In this document: positions 9,608-18,587 of the stretch, in pieces
How the letters are laid out: every line of letters begins with the position of its first letter
Position numbering within the stretch: position 1 is the first letter of the stretch
IMG/VR virus record: IMGVR_UViG_2565956716_000007
Strand: one strand, 5' to 3'
DNA from: a virus
Taxonomy: Duplodnaviria > Heunggongvirae > Uroviricota > Caudoviricetes
Length of the DNA: 37,804 bases
Made by a program: the position numbers and the translations under genes
Notes under the pieces: generated by a model
Database searches by the model: none
What the model was told of the DNA's origin: nothing
What the model saw: only the letters and a program-made list of their open reading frames with translations

Positions 9608-9937
9608 GCGGCGAAACGGGATGTTGGCTCAGGGGCGGGACAAGTTCCTGATATGAGTAGTTTTCAGTCAGGTGGCGGGTGGTTTAAGTTGCCGAGTGGA
9701 TATGTTATTCAGGCTTTCGAGGCGTCTTTTGATTCTAACGGGCTATATATCAATTTCCCTATACCATTTCCGAGTAGCGTTATTGCTATTGTGCCAGGCG
9801 TTTTAATGTCAACGACTGCCTCTCCATCACAACAATTTCCATCAATACAACGTGACGTCAATGATCTGACCCGTTTTTTTGCTAAATACAATATGGGTGG
9901 AATGAATGCTTCATATTTTATTGCTATAGGAAAATAA
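9597..9937 (+). other. alternative tail-fibre C-terminal cassette (silent in this orientation)
   Basis: Encodes LGEAAKRDVGSGAGQVPDMSSF..., parallel to the current H C-terminus [24 protein letters not shown]...; no independent start or promoter. Confidence 0.55.
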
Positions 9938-9939
9938 CC

Positions 9940-10362
9940 ATGTATTTATTTTCGCCAAGCACATTGGGTTTTTATCCCATCGAGATGAAAGAAGAATACC
10001 TTACCAATGGTTCATTACCATCTGATGTTATAGAGGTTTCTGATAGCGTCAGAAATGAATATAACTTTGCGCCACCTGAAGGCAAACAGCTAAGTTCCAG
10101 CCAAAATATGCCAGTCTGGATTGATATTCCACCGGCGACACGTGAAGAGTTGATTGCTGCTGCCGAAAAAGAACGCCAGAAACTACTGGCCCATGCTGAC
10201 GCTGTTATGCTGGACTGGCGAACTGAACTGATGCTGGGTGAAATCAGCGACGCCAACAAAGCTAAGCTGTCGGCGTGGCTGGCCTATAAAAATGAAGTTA
10301 AGTCGGCTGATGTGACAACTGACCCGGAGCGTGTTAACTGGCCTGTTCCCCCGGAGGCGTAG
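9940..10362 (+). CDS. tail fibre assembly protein (alternative copy within invertible segment)
   Basis: 140-aa paralogue of the 146-aa ORF at 10334..10774, with the same tail-fibre-assembly pattern (PxDVIEV, WPxxP). Confidence 0.7.
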   Translation: MYLFSPSTLGFYPIEMKEEYLTNGSLPSDVIEVSDSVRNEYNFAPPEGKQLSSSQNMPVWIDIPPATREELIAAAEKERQKLLAHADAVMLDWRTELMLGEISDANKAKLSAWLAYKNEVKSADVTTDPERVNWPVPPEA

Positions 10363-10774
10363 GCCATTCAATATCTGGCGCACCGGAAGTATCGACCAGT
10401 TCCAGTGCGTCCAGATAATCCAGCCACAAATTATATTGCGCCAGTTCCTCACCTTTCAGACGACCAATAGCCGCTTTACCAGGCCATTGTTTACTGTTCA
10501 TATAATCGTTGGCCTGATTAATCAGTTGCTGCTTTTCCTGTTCGGCTGCAGCAATCTGTTCCTCATGTGTTGGTGGTGGAATTTCAGACCATGCAGGAAA
10601 ACCATTTTCTCCAGCGATACGGATTTTTCCTTTCGGCGGTAATCCGGAAAACTCAATATACACTTGCTCATCAACTTCAACAGCATCATCTGGCCATGAG
10701 TCAGCTTGAGTGTAATCCTCTTTCATCTCCAGCGGATAGAAAGAGTTTGTAGTCGCGGAATATATGTAATTCAT
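10334..10774 (-). CDS. G: tail fibre assembly protein gpG
   Basis: 146-aa ORF immediately downstream of H; tail-fibre-assembly family features. Confidence 0.75.
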   Translation of the reverse strand: MNYIYSATTNSFYPLEMKEDYTQADSWPDDAVEVDEQVYIEFSGLPPKGKIRIAGENGFPAWSEIPPPTHEEQIAAAEQEKQQLINQANDYMNSKQWPGKAAIGRLKGEELAQYNLWLDYLDALELVDTSGAPDIEWPTPPGEQAS

Positions 10775-10795
10775 TTTTCACTCCATATAGCTAAA

Positions 10796-12196
10796 TTAAC
10801 AGCCTAACGCTAAAAATGAAGCGCCGAGGCCAGGAGTACTGGCTCTGGATATAAATTTAACCGGGTCGGGACTAAAACCTGCACAGGCAATATAACCAAC
10901 AGCCCCGCTATCTGGTGTGTAGTCTTGTGAGACCAAAACACGCAGACATCTGTTTGGAAATGCAATCGGGAAATGGGTTACTACATCCTGTGCAATGCCT
11001 GGTGCGCCGATTGAGCCCCACTGAAGAATAAAACCTGATGGTAATTTTTGATATCCAGTACCTGAAACAGAAAGCGTGAAGCTACCCATATCAGGTATCT
11101 GATTCGCCCCTGTCCCTACATTCCTTTTAGCCGCTTCTCCCAAACCAAGGTATGCAAGAAGACCGGCAACATCCTTCCCACTCAAATTGGTAAGCGTATT
11201 GTCCAGCGGTTGTTTACCTGCCAGCGCATTAAGCATTGTCGTGGCAAAGTTCGGATCATTCCCCAGTGCCGCCGCCAGTTCGTTCAGTGTATCCAGTGCC
11301 GCGGGTGCAGAACCCACCATTGCTGCAATCGCTGATTTCACAAAAGCTGTAGTGGCAATCTGTGTATTGTTGACCGACTGTGCCGCAGTAGGTGCTGTTG
11401 GCGTTCCGGTGAGTGCTGGACTCGACAGCGGCGCTTTTTGTGCCAGCGCATTGTTAATGGTGGTACTGAAATTCGGATCATTGTTAATGGCTGCGGCTAT
11501 TTCTTTCAGCGTGTCCAGCGTGGCTGGCGCACCATTAATAAGAGCCGTCAGAGCCGCCTGAACAAACGCGGTGGTCGCAATCTGCGTGGTGTTATTCCCT
11601 GCTGCTGGCGTTGGCGCTTTGGGTGTCCCGGTAAACGTCGGACTTTCTTTGGGTGCATACTGTGAATGCGGGTCCGGTGCGGCAAGATGTTTTGCCATCT
11701 GATCATCCGCGTACACCTTCAGCTCCAGTGCCTTGTCATCCACATACTTGCGGGTTGCCAGCACTACAGCAGGGTCGATTTTCAGGGTGATATTGTCCGT
11801 GCTGCTGGTAATCAGCACCATGCGCACGGTCTGAGTGCGCCCGCTACCTTCAGCCAGTTGCGGCTTATAGCTTTCCGGGCAGTTTCCCACGGCAATCAAT
11901 GCCCCGGATTCATCAAACAGGCCCACTTCACGTATCCACCAACCGCCCTCGTTTTCAGGGATCACCTGTTCGGCAATAATCTGGCTGCTGTTCTGCGGGT
12001 CGATATAAAGCATATTCAGCGCAGCCCGGCGTTTCTCATTTACCAGTGCCGTCTGCTTTGCGTCCGGCGTTGGCAATACTCCACCGCCATCGCCCACCGC
12101 CATATGGGTAATTTTTAGCGGCACACCGAGCGCGGCGGCGCTGGCAAGTTTCGCCGCGCCAATATCCGTCAGCAGGGTATAAAATTTTGTGCTCAT
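10796..12196 (-). CDS. H: tail fibre protein gpH (C-terminus inside invertible segment)
   Basis: 466-aa ORF with an internal duplicated ~45-aa module; C-terminal 113 aa lie beyond the crossover site. Confidence 0.85.
   Translation of the reverse strand: MSTKFYTLLTDIGAAKLASAAALGVPLKITHMAVGDGGGVLPTPDAKQTALVNEKRRAALNMLYIDPQNSSQIIAEQVIPENEGGWWIREVGLFDESGALIAVGNCPESYKPQLAEGSGRTQTVRMVLITSSTDNITLKIDPAVVLATRKYVDDKALELKVYADDQMAKHLAAPDPHSQYAPKESPTFTGTPKAPTPAAGNNTTQIATTAFVQAALTALINGAPATLDTLKEIAAAINNDPNFSTTINNALAQKAPLSSPALTGTPTAPTAAQSVNNTQIATTAFVKSAIAAMVGSAPAALDTLNELAAALGNDPNFATTMLNALAGKQPLDNTLTNLSGKDVAGLLAYLGLGEAAKRNVGTGANQIPDMGSFTLSVSGTGYQKLPSGFILQWGSIGAPGIAQDVVTHFPIAFPNRCLRVLVSQDYTPDSGAVGYIACAGFSPDPVKFISRASTPGLGASFLALGC
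11134..11159 (-). repeat. 26-bp invertase crossover site inside gene H, right
   Basis: TTCTCCCAAACCAAGGTATGCAAGAA resembles hix/gix sites (AAACC..GGT core) and marks where H and the alternative cassette start to diverge. Confidence 0.5.
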
Positions 12197-12798
12197 GGAT
12201 TCACTCTCATTGTGTCAATAACATGGACCGCCCCGCCTTCATGCGCGGTGCCACCGGAAATAATCGTTTCGTTGATATACGGATAGATCGTGATTTCTTC
12301 GCCAAGATAGCTGGCAGCTCCCACCCAATGCGGGCCGCTGGTCTGCAGATTGATGGACATGCCGATCATGTGACGGCTACATGGTTTGGCATCGCTTATC
12401 AGTCGCTCAAGTTCCAGATAGGTATCTTCAGTGATGCCCTGGTCCTGCACACCAATGTCCAGACGAAACGTGCCCGGTGTTTCTCCGGTCTGCCACCACT
12501 CAATAATGCGGATCAGGAAGCCGAACGGCTCCACCACCCGCCGTACGGCACTGGTGGTTCCTTTGTGCTGATGAATATAAAAAGCATCCTTCACTACCTG
12601 GCGTTTGACGCTTTCTGTCCAGCCCTCGTCCCAGCGATCCACAGAGAACGCCCAGGCGAGATAAGGCAGGAAGCTGACCGGACAGGTAGCCGGATTCCAC
12701 AAGTCACGCAGCGGCACCTGCAAATCAGAAATCCCGCTACAGGTTTGCGCCAGTCGGCGCTCCAGTGAAGTTGAACCCGGTGGCAGCAGACTATTCAT
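12193..12798 (-). CDS. I: baseplate protein gpI
   Basis: 201-aa ORF between J and H, coupled by 4-nt overlap. Confidence 0.75.
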   Translation of the reverse strand: MNSLLPPGSTSLERRLAQTCSGISDLQVPLRDLWNPATCPVSFLPYLAWAFSVDRWDEGWTESVKRQVVKDAFYIHQHKGTTSAVRRVVEPFGFLIRIIEWWQTGETPGTFRLDIGVQDQGITEDTYLELERLISDAKPCSRHMIGMSINLQTSGPHWVGAASYLGEEITIYPYINETIISGGTAHEGGAVHVIDTMRVNP

Positions 12799-13699
12799 CC
12801 GTTCCTCCGTTGGTTACGCTCCACTGCGTACATGATGCCGCCTGTGTTTTGTTCAGGACCACATCCGCCAGCGGAGAAGCCAGTTCCACACGTTGAACAC
12901 CCTCAACATGCAGAGCAGCAAAGATGGCGCTACGGCGAATATCCCGGCCAAGCCTCGTCTGGCTGGCGATGTACTTCTGCAGGCTGGTTTTTGCCGCTGC
13001 CATTACCGGCTCTGCTTCCGGTCCCGGATAGAGAAAAATGGTGGCTTCCACGCGATACGGGATGATTTCTGCGCTGCGAACCGTCAGACGGTCAGCCACC
13101 GGGCGGACGTTCTCACTGTTCAGAGCTTTTTCCACCACGTCCAGCAGGTCTTTTTCTGCAGTTCCATCGCCTTCGCGGCTAAGGACAGTCAGCACCACCT
13201 CTGCAGGTGCCGGGCTGGTTGCACTGGCATCCGCCACCCTACCGTCGGCGCTTCGGGCATGAAATTCATAAGCTGCAGTTGGCCCCGCAACAGAAAGCCC
13301 TTCAAAGGCTGCAGGCACACGCAGGCGTAACGCTTCATCGCTTTCCATCACAGCTGCAACGGGCGGCACAGCATCATTATCAGCAGGCGTCACCGTCAGG
13401 CGTGTCACGTTGTAGTTGGCAGCGAGCTGGTCAAGATCGCCGCCCATCGCGTAAGCCACCATCACCGCCTGCGCGGCTTCGTTAATGCGCTGGCGCAGAA
13501 GCAACTCACGGTAAGCGTTCTCCTGCAACAATTTAGTGACGGGTTCAGATTCCAGTTCCAACGTTCGGATCACGGCTTCCTGCTCATCTTTCGGATGAAG
13601 CGCCACAAATTCTGCCTTGCGTTCGGCAAGCAGCGTCTCAAAGTCCGGCACATCCACAATCTGCGGTGCAGGCAACTGCGAAAGGTCAATCACTGCCAT
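12791..13699 (-). CDS. J: baseplate protein gpJ
   Basis: P2 J-like size and position; start taken at the internal Met (MAVIDLSQLP) just after the end of W. Confidence 0.75.
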   Translation of the reverse strand: MAVIDLSQLPAPQIVDVPDFETLLAERKAEFVALHPKDEQEAVIRTLELESEPVTKLLQENAYRELLLRQRINEAAQAVMVAYAMGGDLDQLAANYNVTRLTVTPADNDAVPPVAAVMESDEALRLRVPAAFEGLSVAGPTAAYEFHARSADGRVADASATSPAPAEVVLTVLSREGDGTAEKDLLDVVEKALNSENVRPVADRLTVRSAEIIPYRVEATIFLYPGPEAEPVMAAAKTSLQKYIASQTRLGRDIRRSAIFAALHVEGVQRVELASPLADVVLNKTQAASCTQWSVTNGGTDE

Positions 13700-14045
13700 T
13701 CTCTGCTCCTGTTGATACGGAAAGGGACACAGGCACACCGTTATTCCGCCGCCCGGTCAGCTCCACCACCATAGAACCGTCAAAGTTGCTGTTGATGGTG
13801 ATGGAATCCAGCATCAGCCGTGGCTCCCAGCGACTCAGCGCCACATACACTGCCGACATGACCTGCAGGCGTAATGCCGGATTTTGTGGCTGATCTATTA
13901 AAACCGACAGGAGGGAACCATATTCCCGGCGGGCAATACGGCTACCCTGCGGTGTCAGCAGAATGTCCCGCACCGACTGGCGCAGATGATCAATATCAGT
14001 AATGACTTTGCCGCTGGTATTGTTCATCCCGCTATAAAGCGTCAT
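13686..14045 (-). CDS. W: baseplate wedge protein gpW
   Basis: 119-aa ORF between V and J. Confidence 0.75.
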   Translation of the reverse strand: MTLYSGMNNTSGKVITDIDHLRQSVRDILLTPQGSRIARREYGSLLSVLIDQPQNPALRLQVMSAVYVALSRWEPRLMLDSITINSNFDGSMVVELTGRRNNGVPVSLSVSTGAENGSD

Positions 14046-14620
14046 ACCGGGCCTCCGGTTGTATCGCCGCCTTTCAGGACGCCAGTATGCTGATGCGCAT
14101 CAACCACGATCCCGTTAGAACTCATCGCTCCGCCGCCCTGGGTAACGCCACCATTGATCACCACTTCGCTGTTAATGCGCGTGCGGTCAGCCTCCAGTAC
14201 AAACTCACTGGTTTTCATGGTGATGTTGTCAGCAGCCTCAATGACCATTGATTTGATGCCCCTGACATACCAGCGCCCGGTGGCGGGTTCGTATTCAAAC
14301 CAGCCACCGTCAGGATGTTCTGTCACGCAGGCGTCCGCCGACGTCGACGGTGGTGCGAACTGATTCGAATAGACAGCGGGCAGCGCAAAGGCGGTTTCCA
14401 GATTGCCGCCCAGACTCAGCAGCACCACCTGCTCACCTTCCGATGGTCGCCACCATGTACGGGCATTCCCGGCACGCAGCGTCAGCCAGCTGATCCAGTT
14501 GGTTTCAAGCTCGCCCGTTTTCACCCGGCAAAGCCAGTTTTCCCTGTCCACTTCGGTGACTACCCCTGTGCGGATCAGGTTGGTGATAAGGCGCATGATT
14601 TCGGTTAATTGTGCGTTCAT
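14042..14620 (-). CDS. V: baseplate spike protein gpV
   Basis: 192-aa ORF; N-terminus MNAQLTEIMRLITNLIRTG resembles the P2 V N-terminus as I recall it. Confidence 0.8.
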   Translation of the reverse strand: MNAQLTEIMRLITNLIRTGVVTEVDRENWLCRVKTGELETNWISWLTLRAGNARTWWRPSEGEQVVLLSLGGNLETAFALPAVYSNQFAPPSTSADACVTEHPDGGWFEYEPATGRWYVRGIKSMVIEAADNITMKTSEFVLEADRTRINSEVVINGGVTQGGGAMSSNGIVVDAHQHTGVLKGGDTTGGPV

Positions 14621-14666
14621 AGGGAAAGGTTGCCATCAGGGGAAGAAAGGCGGCAGTGCTGCAACT

Positions 14667-14684
14667 TGTATCAGTGCTGATACA
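14667..14684 (-). promoter_or_regulatory. candidate late promoter element upstream of V (perfect palindrome)
   Basis: TGTATCAGTGCTGATACA, a perfect TGT-N12-ACA dyad in the 68-bp S-V intergenic region. Confidence 0.45.
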
Positions 14685-14688
14685 AAGA

Positions 14689-15135
14689 TCACCCCGCCAG
14701 CCATTGCAGAATCATGTCGCGGGTCATTGCCTCAACATCATCATTTACACCCAGCAGGCGGCGCTCTGCGTAACGGACCTCCGGTCCTTTGCGACTGACG
14801 CGATCACGCAGGCCGTAATGGTGAACGCGGGCAATGCGCTGCACCTTGCCTTCAAACTGCACGCTGGCAGAGTCGGTGCTGGCGGCAGTTTTCAGGTATT
14901 TTGTGGTGCGCAGCTTTGCAAACATCTGACGTTTGATACGGCCTTTTTTACTGCGTGCTGTTACCCGTCGCGGTTCATAACTACTGCCGTCAGGGTTGCG
15001 CTGCATCCTGATATTCTGCTGCTGTGTCCGGCGAAGTTCCTGCGCCAGCTGGCGCATCATGCGGCTTCTCGAGGCTGGTTCCAGATTCGCCAGCAAGGCA
15101 CTCAGCCAGTCGTCCACCTTCTGCAGTTCAGCCAC
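14689..15135 (-). CDS. S: tail completion protein gpS
   Basis: 148-aa ORF at the P2 S position. Confidence 0.7.
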   Translation of the reverse strand: MAELQKVDDWLSALLANLEPASRSRMMRQLAQELRRTQQQNIRMQRNPDGSSYEPRRVTARSKKGRIKRQMFAKLRTTKYLKTAASTDSASVQFEGKVQRIARVHHYGLRDRVSRKGPEVRYAERRLLGVNDDVEAMTRDMILQWLAG

Positions 15136-15580
15136 GTTTCACCGTCCACATTTCTTCAGGTGCATCAGGTTCCGCTATAGCTTCAACGCTCGACACACTG
15201 CCGTCAGTGCTGACCAGCACACGTTCCGTCAGTTGCAGGTTCAGGCTGATATCACAGACATCGTTGCGCAGAATATCCACCTCAAAGGTGAATAGCTTTT
15301 CCCGTAACGCCGGGTTATTGATGGCATCGGGCTGGTTATCCCTCAGCCACAGCAAAACCGGGGCCATCAGCAGATTCTGGTCGCCGCTGAAATCCTCAAT
15401 CACCGCGTTCAGTGTGTAACGGTACTCCCACGACATGGAGCTGGCCCCCGTGGCAACCAGCGAACCGTTATCCACAAACAGATGCAGTTTGTCCGGGTTA
15501 TTGCGGACATAAGGCACCGCTTTATTGAGGGCGTGGCGCAGGGATTGTGGTTTGTTCACTGTTTCGCTCCTGACACGCAA
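15128..15580 (-). CDS. R: tail completion protein gpR
   Basis: 150-aa ORF at the P2 R position. Confidence 0.7.
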   Translation of the reverse strand: MRVRSETVNKPQSLRHALNKAVPYVRNNPDKLHLFVDNGSLVATGASSMSWEYRYTLNAVIEDFSGDQNLLMAPVLLWLRDNQPDAINNPALREKLFTFEVDILRNDVCDISLNLQLTERVLVSTDGSVSSVEAIAEPDAPEEMWTVKRG

Positions 15581-15812
15581 TAATCATGTCCACTTTGTCT
15601 GCACAGACCGCCCAGGCGGCCTCCGTTTCATCCAGCAACGCATTCAGATCACCGTTAGTGCGCGGTGCTGCCTGCTCCAGCCGACACGGCGTCACTCGCG
15701 GACAACCACTGACGGTAAGCTGCACCTCCGGTGAGTGCCGGACGTTCCCGCAGCCGGATAATGTCAGCAGGCAAAGGAGTATCAGCCCAGTGGCGTAAAT
15801 CCTCGTTCTCAC
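15522..15812 (-). CDS. Rz1-like outer-membrane lipoprotein (LysC-like), embedded in lysB
   Basis: Signal peptide plus lipobox LLTLSGC and a Pro-rich mature part; starts inside lysB in another frame. Confidence 0.55.
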   Translation of the reverse strand: MRTRIYATGLILLCLLTLSGCGNVRHSPEVQLTVSGCPRVTPCRLEQAAPRTNGDLNALLDETEAAWAVCADKVDMIIACQERNSEQTTIPAPRPQ

Positions 15813-16083
15813 GTTTCAGTTCCTCGATCCGGCGTTGTCGTTGTCTCAGCTGTGCGCTGGTCTGTTCTGCTTCGGCATAGAGCCGCGCCTGCTCCCGGTT
15901 ATTGGTTTCAGTCAGAATGGACAGGCTGATAAGCTGGCTGTTGCTCTTTGCCAGTGCCTGGCTTTTGCTCTGCAGCTCGTTTGCCTGCGTGCTGATGGTC
16001 TGGCTGGCATCAGCCAGCCGCCACGTCTGCCAGCCCAGCGCCGCCAGTAATAACGCCAGCACAACCAGCAGCAACCGGTTCAT
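15655..16083 (-). CDS. Rz-like spanin (LysB-like)
   Basis: N-terminal TM helix followed by a charged coiled-coil region (QRQRRIEELKRENEDLR). Confidence 0.65.
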   Translation of the reverse strand: MNRLLLVVLALLLAALGWQTWRLADASQTISTQANELQSKSQALAKSNSQLISLSILTETNNREQARLYAEAEQTSAQLRQRQRRIEELKRENEDLRHWADTPLPADIIRLRERPALTGGAAYRQWLSASDAVSAGAGSTAH

Positions 16084-16457
16084 GCTGCTACCTGTTGCGC
16101 CATCTGATTACGGGTGATCCAGAAGGCAATAACGGTCAGTAGATAAAAGACCAGGGTAATAGCCCACCCCGTCCATGCGAGACTTACAACAATCAGCAAT
16201 CGCATCACCCAACAGATAAATACATTTTCTTTTCGGGTAATTGTCTTCAGCAAAGATGCCCTTAACTCCTGCCAGAGCGGGCCATTCTGAATTAACGCAG
16301 CCAGTGCTACCGGAATTACCGCCCATGTCAGCAAACAGGCTACCCAAACGCCGGACGCTGCCAGTACCGGAAAGATCCCCTGCGGATACACCATTGCTGC
16401 GATTAACAGCGCCATCCATAACATCAGAAACAGTCCGCTGATTAATTTCTTTTTCAT
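16080..16457 (-). CDS. LysA-like membrane protein
   Basis: Multi-TM ORF; start taken at MKKKLISG with AGGGAG RBS; overlaps the endolysin stop. Confidence 0.55.
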   Translation of the reverse strand: MKKKLISGLFLMLWMALLIAAMVYPQGIFPVLAASGVWVACLLTWAVIPVALAALIQNGPLWQELRASLLKTITRKENVFICWVMRLLIVVSLAWTGWAITLVFYLLTVIAFWITRNQMAQQVAA

Positions 16458-16458
16458 T

Positions 16459-16971
16459 TCAGTTTGCTCCCTGTAAACACCAGGCCATCTCCCGCGCACG
16501 GCGGTTATCCAGCCCCTGATTAAACACACCTTTTACATAAACCCAGCGCGGCAACTGTCGGCACGCATCCGCCCAGCGCCGCTGATTGAGCAATTTCACC
16601 AGCGTGGAACTACAGGCATTGCCCGTCCCCACGTTGAAGGCAAACGACACCGTAGCGTCATACACCTTCTGTGGTGGCTGTTGCTTCACACACCTTTCCA
16701 GTGCCCGCTCCACACGCAGCACGTTGGAGATCAGCCCTTCTGCTGCCTGTCGTTCCGTGATTGTTTTGCCGGGAATGACGCCCGATGTATTACCAATGCC
16801 GTCGGTCCAGACACCCGCGCTGCACTGATACGGCTGCAGACGACAGCCTTCGTAATCGGCAATCAGTTTCAGCCCCTCCACGGAGGTGTGAAGCTGCTGA
16901 AAACCCGGCAGCGTGGCAGCAATAGCCAGCACGGCCCCGACAAGGCAGCGTTTAACGATTGATGGATTCAT
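16459..16971 (-). CDS. endolysin (phage lysozyme), probable SAR type
   Basis: T4-lysozyme-like core (ADYEGCRLQPYQCSAGVWTDGIGNT) preceded by an uncleaved-looking hydrophobic N-terminal segment. Confidence 0.75.
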   Translation of the reverse strand: MNPSIVKRCLVGAVLAIAATLPGFQQLHTSVEGLKLIADYEGCRLQPYQCSAGVWTDGIGNTSGVIPGKTITERQAAEGLISNVLRVERALERCVKQQPPQKVYDATVSFAFNVGTGNACSSTLVKLLNQRRWADACRQLPRWVYVKGVFNQGLDNRRAREMAWCLQGAN

Positions 16972-17167
16972 AGTCCTCCCGCGAGATCTGCCCGTCGCGC
17001 AGAAGCTGGTAGGCTTTGTGTTTGTAGTACCAGTTGATAGCCAGCATCAGCACACCAATCATCAGGCCGCCCAGCGTTGAGGCATCCTTGATGGACAAAT
17101 CGCCCAGCCAGGCCAGCACGACGGCGATGCAATACGTGATAAAGGCGCTGATTCGCTCAAGCGTCAT
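16952..17167 (-). CDS. putative holin (two TM segments, pinholin-like)
   Basis: 71-aa ORF with two hydrophobic helices and a charged C-terminus, immediately upstream of the endolysin. Confidence 0.55.
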   Translation of the reverse strand: MTLERISAFITYCIAVVLAWLGDLSIKDASTLGGLMIGVLMLAINWYYKHKAYQLLRDGQISREDYESINR

Positions 17168-17170
17168 AAT

Positions 17171-17374
17171 TCAGTCCCATAGCTGGACGGTCTGCACGGT
17201 GGTGGTGGTCGGTATGTCCGGCAGCTCCACCTGCAGCCCGTGAGGTAAAAAGGGGCCGTATTCGGCAAGCCCCGGATTTGCCTTCAGTACCTGCTCCGTG
17301 ACACCCTGCGTGCGCCCGTAATGACGCCAGCATAGCGCGTCCACCGTGTCATACTGATACGCACGCACTTTCAT
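17171..17374 (-). CDS. X: tail protein gpX
   Basis: 67-aa ORF between L and the lysis genes, P2 X-like size. Confidence 0.65.
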   Translation of the reverse strand: MKVRAYQYDTVDALCWRHYGRTQGVTEQVLKANPGLAEYGPFLPHGLQVELPDIPTTTTVQTVQLWD

Positions 17375-17838
17375 CAGATAAGCTCCACTGTGCAGTGCGG
17401 CGCATCCTGCACCCGGCTGATGGCCCAGCGGGCGTCACGCCACAAATCACCGCTTGCTTCCGCCAGTTCCTCGCCCCGCTTCACACCGGATGCCGTGGCG
17501 TCATAGTCCTGATAACGCTCGTTGAGCATGGCGCGTGCCCAGCAGTAAACCGCGTTGAAATAGTGATGAATGCGCTCACTTTTGCCGTCCAGCTGTTCAG
17601 CCGGAACCTCAGCCAGCGACACATACCCCAGCATCTGCTGACGTCTGCGAAACTCATACAGCTCTGCGTTGACCTCCGAAATTGCCGACAGCGCAACCTG
17701 CTTTAAACGCGGCTGCGTCACCGTGCCGTCAGTGCGCATCACGCTGCGAAACTCCGACAGGTCCACATCAGGCCAGAACGGCGTATTTCTGATGATTTCC
17801 GCCTGTTCCGGTGCCTGTTCTGGCGCAACAAACTTCAT
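17374..17838 (-). CDS. L: head completion protein gpL
   Basis: Start taken at MKFVAPEQ, which has AGGAGA 8 nt upstream; the longer ORF start at 17901 lacks an RBS. Confidence 0.7.
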   Translation of the reverse strand: MKFVAPEQAPEQAEIIRNTPFWPDVDLSEFRSVMRTDGTVTQPRLKQVALSAISEVNAELYEFRRRQQMLGYVSLAEVPAEQLDGKSERIHHYFNAVYCWARAMLNERYQDYDATASGVKRGEELAEASGDLWRDARWAISRVQDAPHCTVELI

Positions 17839-17933
17839 GCTGCTTTCTCCTGAAATAGAGGGCGGTGGACGGGGTTTTGATGTGGTAGTGCCTTTCGCCA
17901 CCCCGTGCCGCCCGTGCGCGGGGGCACGTTCTG

Positions 17934-18584
17934 TCAGCGGCTGTCATTGCGCAGTCTGCGCTCCAGCTGCTGTTTGTCTTTTTTCACGCCACAGCGGGGA
18001 TCGAGCTGTAACGCATGGTTGAGATGATTAAGGGCGGAAGCCGGATTGCTTTCACTCAGGACAGCGCCAATCGCTTTATGCAGACGCGCCCGTGACTGGT
18101 CCGGCATATCCAGACCGTCTGTCAGCTCCAGCGTCTGCAGCAACAGATCGGCATCAAAGCCGGTGGCGGCAAGCATTGCGCTCTGCGCGGCGTCTGCCAT
18201 TTCCTCTGCCAGCACGGTCTGCACGTTGCGGTTACCCAGCGGCATCACCCAGCCATGACGCAGGGCATGACGCCCGATCTCCAGCGCCCCGGCATAATCT
18301 CCGGCATCAATGCGCCACAGCATCACGTACATCAGCACGTCATCCTGTTGAGCGCCTCCGGCAGCCAGGACACCCTCTGCCCAGGCGGCGTACTTCGGCA
18401 GCAGCTCCACCTTGATTTCCGCTTTTTTGACCGTGGACTGAACGCCCTTGAGACGGCGGCGGTCTTCCGCCAGTTGCAGCAGCATCAGGTCATAGCCCGA
18501 TGCGTGGCGAACACTGCCGCCCTCGCGGGCGGCCTGTTCAGCCTGAACGCGCAGGCGATGCTGCCGTGCGGGACTCAGGCTCAT
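17934..18584 (-). CDS. M: terminase endonuclease (small) subunit gpM
   Basis: 216-aa ORF between N and L. Confidence 0.75.
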   Translation of the reverse strand: MSLSPARQHRLRVQAEQAAREGGSVRHASGYDLMLLQLAEDRRRLKGVQSTVKKAEIKVELLPKYAAWAEGVLAAGGAQQDDVLMYVMLWRIDAGDYAGALEIGRHALRHGWVMPLGNRNVQTVLAEEMADAAQSAMLAATGFDADLLLQTLELTDGLDMPDQSRARLHKAIGAVLSESNPASALNHLNHALQLDPRCGVKKDKQQLERRLRNDSR

Positions 18585-18587
18585 GGA

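Noticed and set aside
16108-16419. 103-aa minus-strand ORF within lysA in another frame
   Set aside because: Alternative-frame overlap; the LysA frame gives the membrane protein expected at this position.
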